A stretch of DNA of 64,000 bases from Octopus vulgaris (taxonomy: Eukaryota), in assembly GCA_951406725.2 (NCBI GenBank), contig OX597817.1, positions 132,990,001 through 133,054,000 on the forward strand, given 5' to 3'. The translations under genes and the position numbers were made by a program. Below the pieces are notes generated by a model. It ran no database searches. It was not told the origin of the DNA and saw nothing but the letters and a program-made list of their open reading frames with translations. Below are positions 1 through 14,099 of the stretch, in pieces; the stretch's first letter is position 1; each line of letters starts with the position of its first letter.

Positions 1-112
1 GTTGTAATAATTTAGTCAGAAAGGAAAACACTACCTAGCACTCTACTCACGTATCTAAGGTTTTCCATTAAGAGTGAGAGTAAAAGCTTCACTCATATAT
101 ATTATATATATA

Positions 113-166
<54 letters not shown>

Positions 167-179
167 ATATACATATATG

Positions 180-430
180 TGTTTATCAATGTGTGCTGCA
201 AGATTCCTGGTATGAAATCGTGTATTGAAACAGGTATTGTTGTATTATTGTATTCAGGATGGTCATTTTTTTTTTCTTTTGCCAAATAAACACACGCGCT
301 GTATATACGCTCTTCACTCGTTCATTACTGTTCTTGATTTAACTCATGTCCATTCTCCGGAAATCTTTTGTCACACATTTGTGACCTCCTCAGCGACACT
401 TTTCATTTTCGTGTGTGTCACGAAAATAAT
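180..430 (-). mobile_element. (TA)n-associated PLE-like terminal repeat, family H1
   Basis: Shares gtg(t/a)ttgaaacag...ttc.g.atggtcat...gcca(a)ataaa...cacacgc with 7678-7900, 8215-8325 and 39866-39900. Lies next to (TA)n and contains a hammerhead motif on the minus strand. Confidence 0.6.
357..396 (-). ncRNA. Degenerate minimal type-I hammerhead ribozyme (family H1)
   Basis: Minus strand reads tcg-CTGAGGA-G-GTCACA-aatg-TGTGAC-AAAA-GATT-TC-cgg. Stem II is 6 bp; the conserved GAAA is mutated to AAAA. Confidence 0.6.
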
Positions 431-484
431 ATCTATTTCAACACACGCTTTCTCATCAGAAATTTTTTTGATATATAAATTGAT

Positions 485-640
485 ACTCGAAAATCGGAGT
501 AGGTAAAACAGTGAATAACTTATGCTGCCTGTCTCGTTTCTCTATATGTTTCTTACGTTGTCCGAAAAAAAGTTCGTTTTCCCTATTTTTGTTGTTTTAT
601 GTTCTCGTTTTTCATTTTCATGTCCGGTAGCCATATACGC
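485..640 (+). mobile_element. (TA)n-associated repeat, family H2
   Basis: tcgaaa..ggagtag...tgtcc.gta.ccata. Homologous copies in the opposite orientation at 31095-31182 and 32258-32430; all border (TA)n. Confidence 0.55.
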
Positions 641-714
<74 letters not shown>

Positions 715-1028
715 CGTTTTTGGGTTTGGTTTGCAAGATTCTTTATATGAGTTCGTGTGTTGAAGCATATTCTGTTGTGTCAGGGGAGAATCATTTTCTT
801 TTTGTGACTTATTATGTAACACACTCACCAGTAAAATTTCCACGTTTTTCTTATTTATATTCTCCTAAAATTTTCGTTGCGTTTTGCAAACTTTTCAATA
901 ATTTTGACTCTCCCCAGACACAACAGATTATATATACATACATGTAGGTATGTACATATATGTATGTATATATGCATATATATATTATTTATATTATTAT
1001 ATGATCGAAAGTCATTTCAAAATAAATT

Positions 1029-1064
<36 letters not shown>

Positions 1065-1641
1065 TATTTATATGTGTGTGTCTGTGTATAATACAAACAT
1101 AATATGTTTGTACACACGTATAATTATATCACAACAATGCATTTTTATTTACACGTTATATGCGTGTTTGTGTGTGTGTGTCTGTCTGTCTGTCTGCGTG
1201 TGTGTGTGTGTGTGTGCGTGCGTGTGTGTCTGTGTGTGCGCGTTGATAGATAGATAGATCGCAAAATAATGTTCGCTAAATTCTTTTCATATCCGAAACA
1301 ATATCAGTATTATAATTGTTGTTATTGCTGTTGTTGTAGATGTTGGTGGTATTATAAATAAATGGCGTAGGACTAGAGTAGACCTTGGTTCATTATTCAC
1401 TAATCAGCGTGACATCTATTTCTGTGAAGGCTCCACGCTGTAAACACGTAACTGAATCACAGGGTCAAGGGTCAGAGTTATGTATACGTACGTACACACA
1501 CCCACACAACCAAATATACAGATGTTGTTTGATGCCATAGCAATCCAGAAACTTCCGGAGAATGTGAAATAATTTGTTTTACAAATAATGGCATGTAAAT
1601 ATTGGGTTGAAAATCTTTTGAGTGTGTCTGTGTGTATGGGT

Positions 1642-1697
<56 letters not shown>

Positions 1698-1698
<1 letters not shown>

Positions 1699-1781
1699 GG
1701 TGCGGGCGTGGCTGTGAGGTAAGAAGCTTGCTTCCCAACCAGATGTTACCAGGGTCAGTCACACTGCATGGTACCTTGGGC

Positions 1782-1824
<43 letters not shown>

Positions 1825-1938
1825 AATAGATAGATAGATAGATTGATAGATAGATAAATAGATATAGATATATACATACTTATATATAAATATATTCATA
1901 TATATATACATATATATACACACATATATATGCATATA

Positions 1939-2005
<67 letters not shown>

Positions 2006-2425
2006 AAGCACCGGTCTTCGATGAAGGAGTCCCGAAACTATAGTCCGTATGTAGTACTATATATATATATATATATATATAATATAAACACATAAATGTG
2101 AAACAAGGTAGAAAAAAGAGTACTCAAATCACCAGGGGTAGAGTAATATGCTTTATTTAAAAGCAGCAGAAATTCAACAAAATATATATATATATATATA
2201 CCTATATGTATATTTGTATATTTATATCTTTGTATGTATATGCATGATTGCATATGCATATATATGTCTAGTCCATGGTGATATGTTTACCTCTCTATAA
2301 CTTAGCGGTTCGGCAAAAGTAACCAGCAGATAAGTACTATTCTAAAGGCAAAAAAAAAGAAAGAAAGAAAAACAAGTGCTGAGGTCGATCCATTCGAGGC
2401 AAGTGATTGACAAATAAATGATAAA
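1698..2425 (+). mobile_element. SINE-A split by an expanded internal (TA)n tract that holds PLE-like fragments
   Basis: Head gtggctgtgaggtaagaagcttgcttcccaacc...accttgggca at 1698-1782. Tail taacttagcggttcggcaaaag...ataagtact at about 2270-2425. Confidence 0.7.
2011..2050 (+). ncRNA. Degenerate hammerhead-like motif inside (TA)n
   Basis: TCGATGA-A-GG-agtc-CC-GAAA-CTATAG-TC: variant core, palindromic stem III (ACTATAGT) and a GUC triplet. Stem I is poor. Confidence 0.4.
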
Positions 2426-2440
2426 AGATATATACATACA

Positions 2441-2523
<83 letters not shown>

Positions 2524-2596
2524 CATCATACATATATATATATATATATATATACATACATGCATACATATATATATATTAAATTACATACATACA

Positions 2597-2687
<91 letters not shown>

Positions 2688-2989
2688 TCATGTATGTATG
2701 TAATTTAATTATATTTATATATATATATATATGTAATTATACATATATAGACGTACATACACTCACCACCCACGTATGCACACATGCACACGCATGTGTT
2801 TGCATAACTTTGCCGTCGCTTTCAAATGAGTATAAACTATTAATTTGCCCCATACCTTCATTAACTGTTTTAATTGCGTGTGTAATCAAGAGCAGGTAGG
2901 GAAATTACCTTGGCGTCAAATATGTAGTAACTGGAAGTGGAAGAAGGCAGCTTCAGCTTTCTGGTGGTGCTTGTTAATTTGCTGACTTC

Positions 2990-3103
2990 GCTATAGCGGT
3001 GTGAAAAAAAAAATACTCTGCTGAGCACCACGAGGGGCTGCCCCGTCCTGGAATCGACTCTTCGACCTTTGATCACCAGCGCAACCACCTAGCCACTGAG
3101 ACC
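2990..3103 (-). mobile_element. tRNA-derived SINE head fragment
   Basis: Minus strand ggtctcagtggctaggtggtt...gagtcgattccagg has pol III A-box/B-box-like spacing but no intact cloverleaf. Confidence 0.45.
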
Positions 3104-3286
3104 AAGTATGCATGCATACAATCTCACGGGAATACACGCACTCTATATAAACATGGTTATACATATACATAAATACATACACACAGTTATGAGCACAGTA
3201 CATATATGTTTTTGTATGTATGTACGTATGTATGTATGTATATGTATGCATGTATGTATGTATGTATGTATGTATGTATGTATGTT

Positions 3287-3344
<58 letters not shown>

Positions 3345-3348
<4 letters not shown>

Positions 3349-3455
3349 CAACTGGTTTCGTGGATCTTTACAACTGGTTTCGCGCTAAGGATTCAACTGG
3401 TTTCGCGCTTAGGTGACGGTCCGATTATGTAACCCTGCGCTCATCAGAGGTAACC
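3345..3455 (-). ncRNA. Hammerhead-like motif with triplicated GAAA/stem III segment, inside (TA)n
   Basis: Minus strand CTGATGA-GCGC...GCGC-GAAA-CCAG-TT. The 12-mer caactggtttcg recurs at 3349, 3371 and 3394. Confidence 0.5.
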
Positions 3456-3758
3456 TATATGAATATATATATGTGTGTGTGTTTACATGATCGATATATA
3501 TTTATATACATATATATCCTGTATGGTGCATGAAATCCAATGAGGCGGACCCAGGATTTACCTATTGAATGAAGTACCTTCTAATTGTTTATCTTAAACA
3601 ATTCTGTATGTTCCCTCCCATTCGATAAGCTTAGCTAGTTCTAGATCATATCAGATTGCTAACAAATGATCATGACCACTTTCCAAATCCCTACTCATTT
3701 GCAGTGTGTGTATATATCTATCTATCTATCTCCCCCTCTCTCTCACTCTCTCTCACTC

Positions 3759-3889
<131 letters not shown>

Positions 3890-3904
3890 TTTCAAATATA
3901 TATA

Positions 3905-4397
3905 TACATTGTAGCTGATACCGAGTTAGTACGAGGATCTTAATGATATTGCTTGATTTTCTGAATCCATATATCCTCACATTTACAATTTACATCACAC
4001 ATGTATGAAGGTATATATGTATATATACATATATATATATAGATAGATAGATGTATATATATATATATATGTATGTATAAATATATGTATATATAGATAT
4101 TCTTTTATTCTCTTATTTGTTTTAGTAATTTGACTGCAGCCATGTGAACGTGCCTTCAGCAATGAACCAGGACTTATTTTTGTATAGTACTTATTCTGTC
4201 AGTAAACCGTATTCACATCCACATCTACGATATGAGGGACAAGCACACACACACATAAAGACGGGCTTCTTCAGTTTCCGTCTACTACATTTTTCAAGTT
4301 ATGGTCAGTAGAGGTTATAGTAGAGATTGCCAAGCCACGCAGTGGATGAACCCGTAACCATGGTGGTAAGCAGTTTACCACAGCCACTCTAGCGCCA

Positions 4398-4465
<68 letters not shown>

Positions 4466-4858
4466 CGCTAGAGTGGCTGTGTGGTAAGAAGCTTGCTTAC
4501 CAGCCACATGGTTACGGGTTCAGTCCCACTGCGTGGCTTCTTTGGCAAGAGTCTTCTACTATAACCTCGTACTGACCATAACCTTGTGAAAAGATGTAGT
4601 AGACGGAAACTGAAAGAAGCCCGTCTTTTATATGTGTGTGTGTGTGCTTGTCCCTGCAATATCGCGTGACAACCGATGCCGGTGTGGTTATGTCCCGGTA
4701 ACTTAGCGGTTTGGCAAAAGACACTGACAGAATAAGTACTAGGCTTACAAAGAATAAGTCCTGGGGTTCATTTGCTGAAGGCAGCGTTCCAGCATGGCTG
4801 CAGTCAAATTACTAAAACAAATAAGAGAATAAAAGAATATCTATATATACATATATTT

Positions 4859-4891
<33 letters not shown>

Positions 4892-5059
4892 CATCTATCT
4901 ATCTATATATATATATGTATATATACATATATACCTTCATACATGTGTGTGTGGGGGATGTAAATGGTGTAAATGTGAGGTATAAGATATAGATTCAGAA
5001 AATCAAGCGAATATCACATTAAGCTCCTCTTACTAACTCGGCTATCAGTCTACAATGTA
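3905..5059. repeat. About 1.15-kb fold-back inverted duplication centred on (TA)n at 4400-4460
   Basis: 3905-4399 is the reverse complement of 4461-5059, covering the SINE-A, its private variants and unique flank. The left arm has many small deletions. Confidence 0.85.
4464..4837 (+). mobile_element. SINE-A, full length (mirror copy at about 4100-4396 on the minus strand)
   Basis: tRNA-like head, CORE-like (ttggcaag) segment, internal (TG)n, tail ccagcatggctgcagtcaaattactaaaacaa...aaaagaa. Confidence 0.85.
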
Positions 5060-5924
5060 ATGTAATGTGCTCATGTATTTGAAAATCCAGAAAATTACAA
5101 CCGATAAAATGAATCTGTATGTGGTATATAAAAACATATAAGAAAGAATGAGAGGGAGATGTCTATCTATTTACTTGACTTTCATAGGATTACGGCTGTT
5201 TCGCAACCGTCTTCAAATAGTATTAATTTCAGTATGCAAGAATTATGCGCACGTGTTTGCATCAATATATATGTATACTCAGTAATATAAAATACAATTG
5301 TAGACCCACAAATCAATGGAAATAAAGTGATCAGATTTATTTCCGTCAGATTATGCCAACACTTCAACTCTAAATACACACACACTCAAGCACACACACA
5401 CACTCCCGCACACACACACACACATGCACCAGTATCTGATGAGGAAAATGCGTTTTCATGCTTCATTGGTTTATTTCTTCGCTGATGACCATCGATCACC
5501 CACTTCCACACCGTTGTCTTTTCTAGCCGTCGTTTATTGTGCAAACTCCGTTCCCATGTCTAGCACTCTCTTAACCTTCCTCCCTTCCCTTCTTCCCCAT
5601 CTCTCTCTCTCTCTTTCTCTCTCTTTCTACTTCCCCTTCACTCGCTTCTTACATATGTAAATCTACACCGACTCCAGTCGACATTTATTTCAACTTATAA
5701 AGCCCTTACGCATGCGCAGATACCCAACTAGGGAACTCACTTGGATCGAGTAAAACTAGGAAGGTACAAACTGTATGGAATCCGTTGCATGAAGTGTACC
5801 AGTAATCTACAACGTTCATTTCGTCTCTGACAGTGTCACATTGAGTCGTTCACAAGTTTAGACAGAGTCCAAGTATCGGTGTTCGGTGTACTCAACCACT
5901 TTTACTATTCGTCGTATCACGCAG

Positions 5925-6296
5925 TCAGTTACGACGACGAGGGTTCCAGTTGATCCGATCAACGGAACAGCCTGCTCGTGAAATTATCGTGCAAATGGCT
6001 GAGTGCTTCACAGACACGTGTACCCTTAACGTAGTTCTCGGGGAGATTCGGCGAGACACGGTGTGGGAAAAGGCTGGCCCTTTGAAATACAGGTACAACA
6101 GGAACAGGAAGAATGAATGAGAGAAAGTTGTGGTGAAAGAGTATAGCAGGGTTCGCCCCCCCCCCCCCGCCGGAGCATCGGGGAGTTTTTAGGTACTTTC
6201 GTTCAATAAACACTCACAACGCCTGGTCTGGGAATCGAAACCGTGATCCTGCGACCACGAGTCCGCTGCCCTAACCACTGGGCAAGTGTGCCTTCA
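5925..6296 (-). mobile_element. SINE-C (tRNA-derived head, tail type 1)
   Basis: Minus strand head gcccagtggttagggcagcggactcgtggtcgcaggatcacggtttcgattccc; tail ggatcaactggaaccctcgtcgtcgtaac. Homologues at 25385, 31385 and 44260. Confidence 0.85.
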
Positions 6297-6523
6297 CGAC
6301 TTCTACTATTCTATTACACAGTAAGTAAGTAGGTGGTTCAGATCATTGATCGACTGGATTATCGATCAGCGAAACCGATGAGGGTTCAATATATTTTTTA
6401 TTCTTCCATAGAAACATTAATTCAATTGATTTGAGAATAAATAGAAACACCAAGTGTTTGTCAAAACATATTTCTTACTTTTCTCTCTCTAGTTCTCTCT
6501 ATACATGCATACACACATACATA

Positions 6524-6591
<68 letters not shown>

Positions 6592-7605
6592 AGCAAGTGT
6601 GCATGTTCGTATATATGTATGTATTTTGTACATAAACAATCACGTACACATACACACACAAAAACACATATATTTATATTTATATTCGCGTGCGCAAATT
6701 AAACAAACGTTAAGACACCAACGAACAACCGTTATTCAGCTATTCAATCAAACCAGCTAACCAAACCATAAAATAATGCAGGAAGAAATGCAATGAAATA
6801 TATATTTTAGATACACAAAACTTATTAAAAATACACACATAATAAAGTTGATCCTCTGAGCTATATAAATACTAATTATAGACAGATGAACACATAATAA
6901 AAAAAAAATCTCGTAAAACAGAAACTAAACTGCATTACAGCTAACTACAAACCGACATTAGCAATATAGTACAAACAACATTCCAATACAAAATTGTTTA
7001 GCATAACAAGACATGCATATCAACGTAAATGTATGCTATGAGTGACCAGCATGTTTTATGAATGAGAGTGGAAAATTGAGAGTTATAAACTTAACGACTA
7101 TAACTGTTGCATTGGCCTAACACTTGCGACATTCATCTGTCAATTCACCATGCTCCTACAACAGCGAGTCATTGCAAAGCGCTATATGAAGTAATAAAAG
7201 GCTTTTCTGTGACAAGGCCTTAGTGCGCGGTTGAATTACCGCTGCATTCCACCCAATGTAGTTCTATGTGGTAGGTGGTTTCTTCCTCCTCAGTTTCAAT
7301 TAAAATATTCGTCGATCTGAGCTCTATAAAAAAATTATATTTAGCCACATTGCTACGGGGTAGGATCATACCCATCGAATTATGATTGCGAAGCCAACTT
7401 CTTAACCATCGACAATTCTGAGCCCACAATCAAGCGCGCACGCACACATACACACACACATATACACACACATGCATAGCCACATTGCGCATACACAATA
7501 TATATGTACACATATATATTGCATGTATATATATATGCTTATATATATATATGTGTGTGTGTGTGTGTATGTATGTGTATGTATGTATGAATGTATGTAT
7601 GTATG

Positions 7606-8485
<880 letters not shown>

Positions 8486-8496
8486 CTTTATTTAGA

Positions 8497-8712
8497 TTAT
8501 TTACATTTGACGGATATTTGTCCTCATCTTGTTTGTTGTTAACACAACGTTTCGGCTGATATACCCACCGGCCTTCATCAGGTGTCTTGAGGAAATTTCG
8601 AACCTAGGTTCTCATTCCCAAGACACCTAAGGAAGGCTGAAGGGTATATCAGCCGAAACGTTGTGTTAACAACAAGCATGATGAGGACAAATATCCGTCA
8701 AATGTAAATAAT
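8497..8712. mobile_element. Head-to-head inverted PLE-like terminal repeats, family H3
   Basis: About 95-bp arms (8497-8591 and 8617-8712) around a spacer of about 25 bp. Each arm carries a hammerhead motif. Confidence 0.8.
8541..8586 (-). ncRNA. Minimal type-I hammerhead ribozyme with intact core (family H3)
   Basis: gacac-CTGATGA-A-GGCcg...caGCC-GAAA-CG-TT-gtgtt: 5-bp stem I and palindromic ACGT stem III. The mirror copy at 8622-8667 has its core mutated to CTAAGGA. Confidence 0.75.
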
Positions 8713-8956
8713 GTAAATAATGAACATAATTCTTCATCTCTTAAATATAAAACTGTATATAAACTTACTGCTAACAAAAGTCGGGATGTGTTCAGTTACT
8801 CAATAAATCAAAAATACATTAAATGCTACAAAGTGTACACGTAGGCCACACACAGAAGGACCCTAATTCTTCATCAGTCGATAACTGATGAAAGATTTAG
8901 AGTCCTTCTGACTCTGTTCTACGCACGTTTTGCAGTATTCAATCCATTTTATATTA

Positions 8957-9056
<100 letters not shown>

Positions 9057-9077
9057 CATTATTATTTTATTTTTATC

Positions 9078-9125
<48 letters not shown>

Positions 9126-9143
9126 TGTATGTATATATGTATG

Positions 9144-9174
<31 letters not shown>

Positions 9175-9800
9175 GTATGTATATATATATAAATGTGAAT
9201 ACATACACACATGTATGTATACACTCCTGCATATAAACATACATAGATACAAACACATACACACATATATATACACATACACAAAAATACATTTACACAG
9301 ACAAACACTTATACTTACATATATATATATATACATACGTATTTATGAGCTCATTTGGCTGTATTATTAATTTCAATATGAGGTAGATATGACTATACCC
9401 CACTCGTCTCGTGAGATGGCCGAATGATCAATCACGTGACAAGAATATATGCCAACATATGGTATCTCTGCGTACTCCTAGATATCTTACTTATACACAC
9501 AGCTGACTCTACAATTGATAATGGCACAGTTCACCTTGTCATTCACAAATAAATAGCATGTCTCTACATTCTTTGATACGGGATACCGACACCCGTTCTA
9601 ACCAACAGCTATTCGGAGTTGCTGAAGTGCGCAGCAGAATTTATCACTTAGAAATACCTTACCTGCAGGGCGTCCTTCATCTAGGGTATGCCTTATTCAG
9701 CCTCCTCCATCTAGGGTGCATAGTCGCCTATCCTGGGTGGATCACCCAAAATGCATATCCTTACACACACAGGCACTCAGATATGTAAATATATATATAT

Positions 9801-9886
<86 letters not shown>

Positions 9887-9887
<1 letters not shown>

Positions 9888-10002
9888 TGTTTCTTTATTA
9901 GCCACACAGGGCTACACACAAATAGAACAAATTACAAGGTAGAGCTTTTCTTTTGGGGGTAAAAAAAAAAGAGAGTGGTGGTTTTCGATCAAAAGGGATC
10001 GA
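9887..10002 (-). mobile_element. Retroelement 3' end inserted in (TCTA)n
   Basis: Minus strand ...gtgtagccctgtgtggctaataaagaaacata followed by (TCTA)n. (ATAG)n lies on both sides; second copy at 29667-29712. Confidence 0.7.
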
Positions 10003-10081
10003 GATTGATAGATAGATAGATAGATAGGTAGGTAGATAGATAGATACATATATACACGCGTACATGCATTTCTGTACATAC

Positions 10082-10186
<105 letters not shown>

Positions 10187-10499
10187 GGTATATAATTATA
10201 TGCATACACATATTTATGTAGACATATATCATACATATAAATGTGTGTGTGCGTATGAATGTAATGTATGAATTATTAGCTGCATAGGCGAGGGGAAAGG
10301 TGATCACTTGTATTTTCTATAAAACAAATATCTAAAAAGATATTTTCCAGATGAGTACATCTTCGGAATATTTAAACGTAGATTACACACATACACACAC
10401 AAACACATCCATCTATCTATCTCACCATCTTCCTCTCTCTCTATATATATGTATATACATATATACATATATATATTTTTTTTTTTTCTTTTTTTTTTT

Positions 10500-10672
10500 T
10501 CCTCTGTCTTCCCTTCTCTGGATCTTTCCTTCTCCTATGTTTCCGATGAAGAGCTCCGCTCGAAACGTTAAATCCTCCTTCTTTCCTTCTTTCCTGAGCG
10601 TCCAATAATACTATATTTATTCCACGTCCTCACGTTGTTGTGTTTTTTTGTGCTTTCTTGTTTGGATTAACT
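10500..10672 (+). mobile_element. (TA)n-embedded PLE-like repeat, family H4, with hammerhead at 10540-10572
   Basis: ttt-CCGATGA-A-GAGC-tcc-GCTC-GAAA-CG-TT-aaa. Homologues on the minus strand at 23168-23365 and 30760-30838. Confidence 0.7.
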
Positions 10673-10822
<150 letters not shown>

Positions 10823-10866
10823 GTATGTATATATGTATGTATGTATTATGCATGTCTACAAATATA

Positions 10867-10914
<48 letters not shown>

Positions 10915-11146
10915 CACATGTACACACAAACACACACACACACATACACATACTCAAACATATATTCTCATAATCACACACAGACAGACACGCTTGACCA
11001 AATTCTTAATTACTTACATGAATATGAGTAAGTATCGCCTGAATGCATAAACATACGCATGTATGTATGTATGTATGCATCTTTCAATGTATGTATAGCT
11101 ACACAGACAGTTGTGTATACATTCACAGTTCGGCCCATAGTATATA

Positions 11147-11318
11147 GCGATATTTCGTCTATCTTTACGTTTTTGGTTCAAATTCCGCCGAGGTTGATTT
11201 TGTCTTTCATCCTTTCGTGATCGATAAATTAAGTACCAGTTGCGTACTGGGGTCGATCTAATCGACTGACCCCCTCCCCCAAAATGTCATGCCTTGTGCC
11301 TAGTGAAGAAAAGATTAT
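11147..11318 (+). mobile_element. SINE-B, 5'-truncated
   Basis: ggttcaaattccgccgaggttgattttgtctttcatcctttcg...gataaattaagtaccag (Meta-domain-like core); tail ccttgtgcctagt..gaaaaga. Confidence 0.85.
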
Positions 11319-11505
11319 CTCTCCCTATATATGCGTGTGTGTGAGTGTGTGTTTATGCATACGTACAACACACATATATAATGTATATATTATGCAAGCA
11401 TTTATAGTATATATATATATATATATAAAGTGTGCATATTGATAATATATGGATAGACATTCTATACATAGATACATGATATATATGCTTATATAATATA
11501 TATCA

Positions 11506-11543
<38 letters not shown>

Positions 11544-11882
11544 TATGTTAATTACGTTAAATATTACATAATACATATATACGAATTTATATACTATTTA
11601 ATAAGTGTTAGTATTTTTTAATAGTGTATAATGTATTATACACACATACATATATATATACATATACATACAAATTCGAATATATATATATGCATATATA
11701 TATATGCATATATATATGTATATATATACATCTTTATATACATATATATATACGTATATGTATATATATGTATATATACATATATATATACATATATATA
11801 TACAAATACATGTATACACAGTCACATATGAGTGTGTACATCTAGCCATATATATACATACACACACACACACACACACACC

Positions 11883-11951
<69 letters not shown>

Positions 11952-12745
11952 GTATATATAGATGTGTATACATACACTGCATGCATGCATACAAACACTA
12001 CATGCATACATAAATACATACATAAATACATACATACGTATATACGCGCATACGTACATTCTTGCACAGACACATATACATACACTCATACATACATTAA
12101 TATCCATATATCAAGTTAGCTATAAACAATAAAGTAAACAAAACCATTACCACCCGTTTCCCACCCAGAATCCCCATTACATCCGTCTGTCAGATGAAAA
12201 TATAAGAGATACCATGGACTTTCTCCCTCTACCAAGTCCGTGATTTACCGGAATGTGTCTGACTTGGCATCTGTCTATGCCCTGTTGAATGTTGATTCCG
12301 TCTTATATGGTAGGGTAGGGTCTTAGAATTACTTCACTTTCAGGGTTACACTCAGCTATCCGTCTGTCTCGCCTTCTCCTTTTTGTCTGTGTCACTTTAT
12401 TCCTCTTCTAGTTTCACTTTCACTTTCACTTCCTCGCTTACACGGTGTATGAATGCTGTTCTCATTGATCCTCTCTCTCCTCCTTCTGTGTCTCTCCCTC
12501 TTCTCTCCTCCATGATGTCTGCTTTGGTTGGGTTGTTAGTAAAACTCTTAAGTTATCGACTGGCCAATTTCCCATGAAGGCATATCTAGTCAACCGAAAG
12601 ATACTACTGAGATAGGGTGATGGTGGAGACGAAGAGTTTCCTTCGATTTTCTCTTAATTTTTTTTAAATTTTATTTTTTTTATTATTTATTCGTGGTGTT
12701 CTTCATAGAGGTTCATTGGCGGAGATTTATGAGATATTTAGCGGC

Positions 12746-12790
<45 letters not shown>

Positions 12791-12963
12791 CATGCACACT
12801 CATACACACATACATATACATATTTATATATATTTATATATCAACACTTTCAAATAGATACATTATATACGTATACACATATATATACATGTATATATAT
12901 GTGTGTGTGTGTGTATGAACATATATGTGTACATATATATATATATATTTATATACTTACGTG

Positions 12964-12996
<33 letters not shown>

Positions 12997-13170
12997 GTCA
13001 ATATATGTATGCTTGTATGTATACTCACACACATTCAACACACATATATGAAAATAGATTCATTGTGTGTGTGTATGCGCGCATGTATATATATATATAT
13101 GTGTGTGTGTGTGTATGCGCGCGTGTGCATATATATATATGTGTGTGTGTGTGCTTGTGTGTGTGTTTGT

Positions 13171-13219
<49 letters not shown>

Positions 13220-13603
13220 AGTGGCTGTGTGGTAAGAAGTTTGCTTCCCAACCACATGGTTCCGGATTCAGTCCCTCTGCGTGGCACCTTGGGCAAGTGT
13301 CTTTTTCTATAGCCTCGGGCTGACTAAAGGCTTATGAGTGAATTGAGTAGACGGAAACTGAAAGAAGCTCGTCGCATATATATATGTGTGTGTGTGTGTG
13401 TATGTGTGTGTTTGTCCCCCTACGATCGCTTGACAGCGGATGATCGCGTGTTTACGTCCCTGTCAACTAGCGGTTCGACAAAAGAGACCGATAGAATAAG
13501 TACAAGGCTTATAAAGAATAAATCCTGGAGCGATTTGTTCGAGTAAAGGTGATGTTCCAGCTTGGCCGCAGTCAAATGACTGAAACCAATAAAAGAATAA
13601 AAG
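13220..13603 (+). mobile_element. SINE-A
   Basis: Head, internal (TG)n and tail match the other copies. Confidence 0.9.
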
Positions 13604-13669
13604 GACGAATCTCCTGTTATGAATACAATAAACGTAACTAAAATATTTACAACACGCAGGTAAATATTA

Positions 13670-13825
13670 TTGTTGTTGCTGTTGTTGTTGTTGTTGTTGT
13701 TGTTGTTGCTGCTGCTGCTGCTGCTGTTGTTGTTGTTGTTGTTGCTGCTGCTGTTGTTGTTGTTGTTGTTGTTGCTGCTGCTGTTGTTGCTGCCACTGTT
13801 GTTGTTGTTGTTGTTGTTGTTGTTG

Positions 13826-13857
<32 letters not shown>

Positions 13858-13860
13858 TTG
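13670..13860. repeat. (GTT)/(GCT) compound microsatellite
   Basis: Directly visible. Confidence 0.95.
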
Positions 13861-14099
13861 TTCAGCCCCAGGTCATCTTTGATGAAACTGTTCGTTGGTA
13901 AAACTATAACTGTCATCATAATCCTCATCACCATCATCAACATCAGCATCAACCCATGGACATTAGGGTCAAGTGTCTTGGGACCAGATAGGACAGGGTA
14001 TACTCTGCACCCGTGGTGTATAAGTGACCGAAATCCCAACCTTCACCTCCTCTGACCTCTGAACAAGGCGCCACTCTGTTGCAAGATGGCACACTTACA

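Noticed and set aside
5925-6296. tRNA gene calls at SINE heads
   Set aside because: A and B boxes are present, but there is no intact cloverleaf and each head continues into a SINE body.
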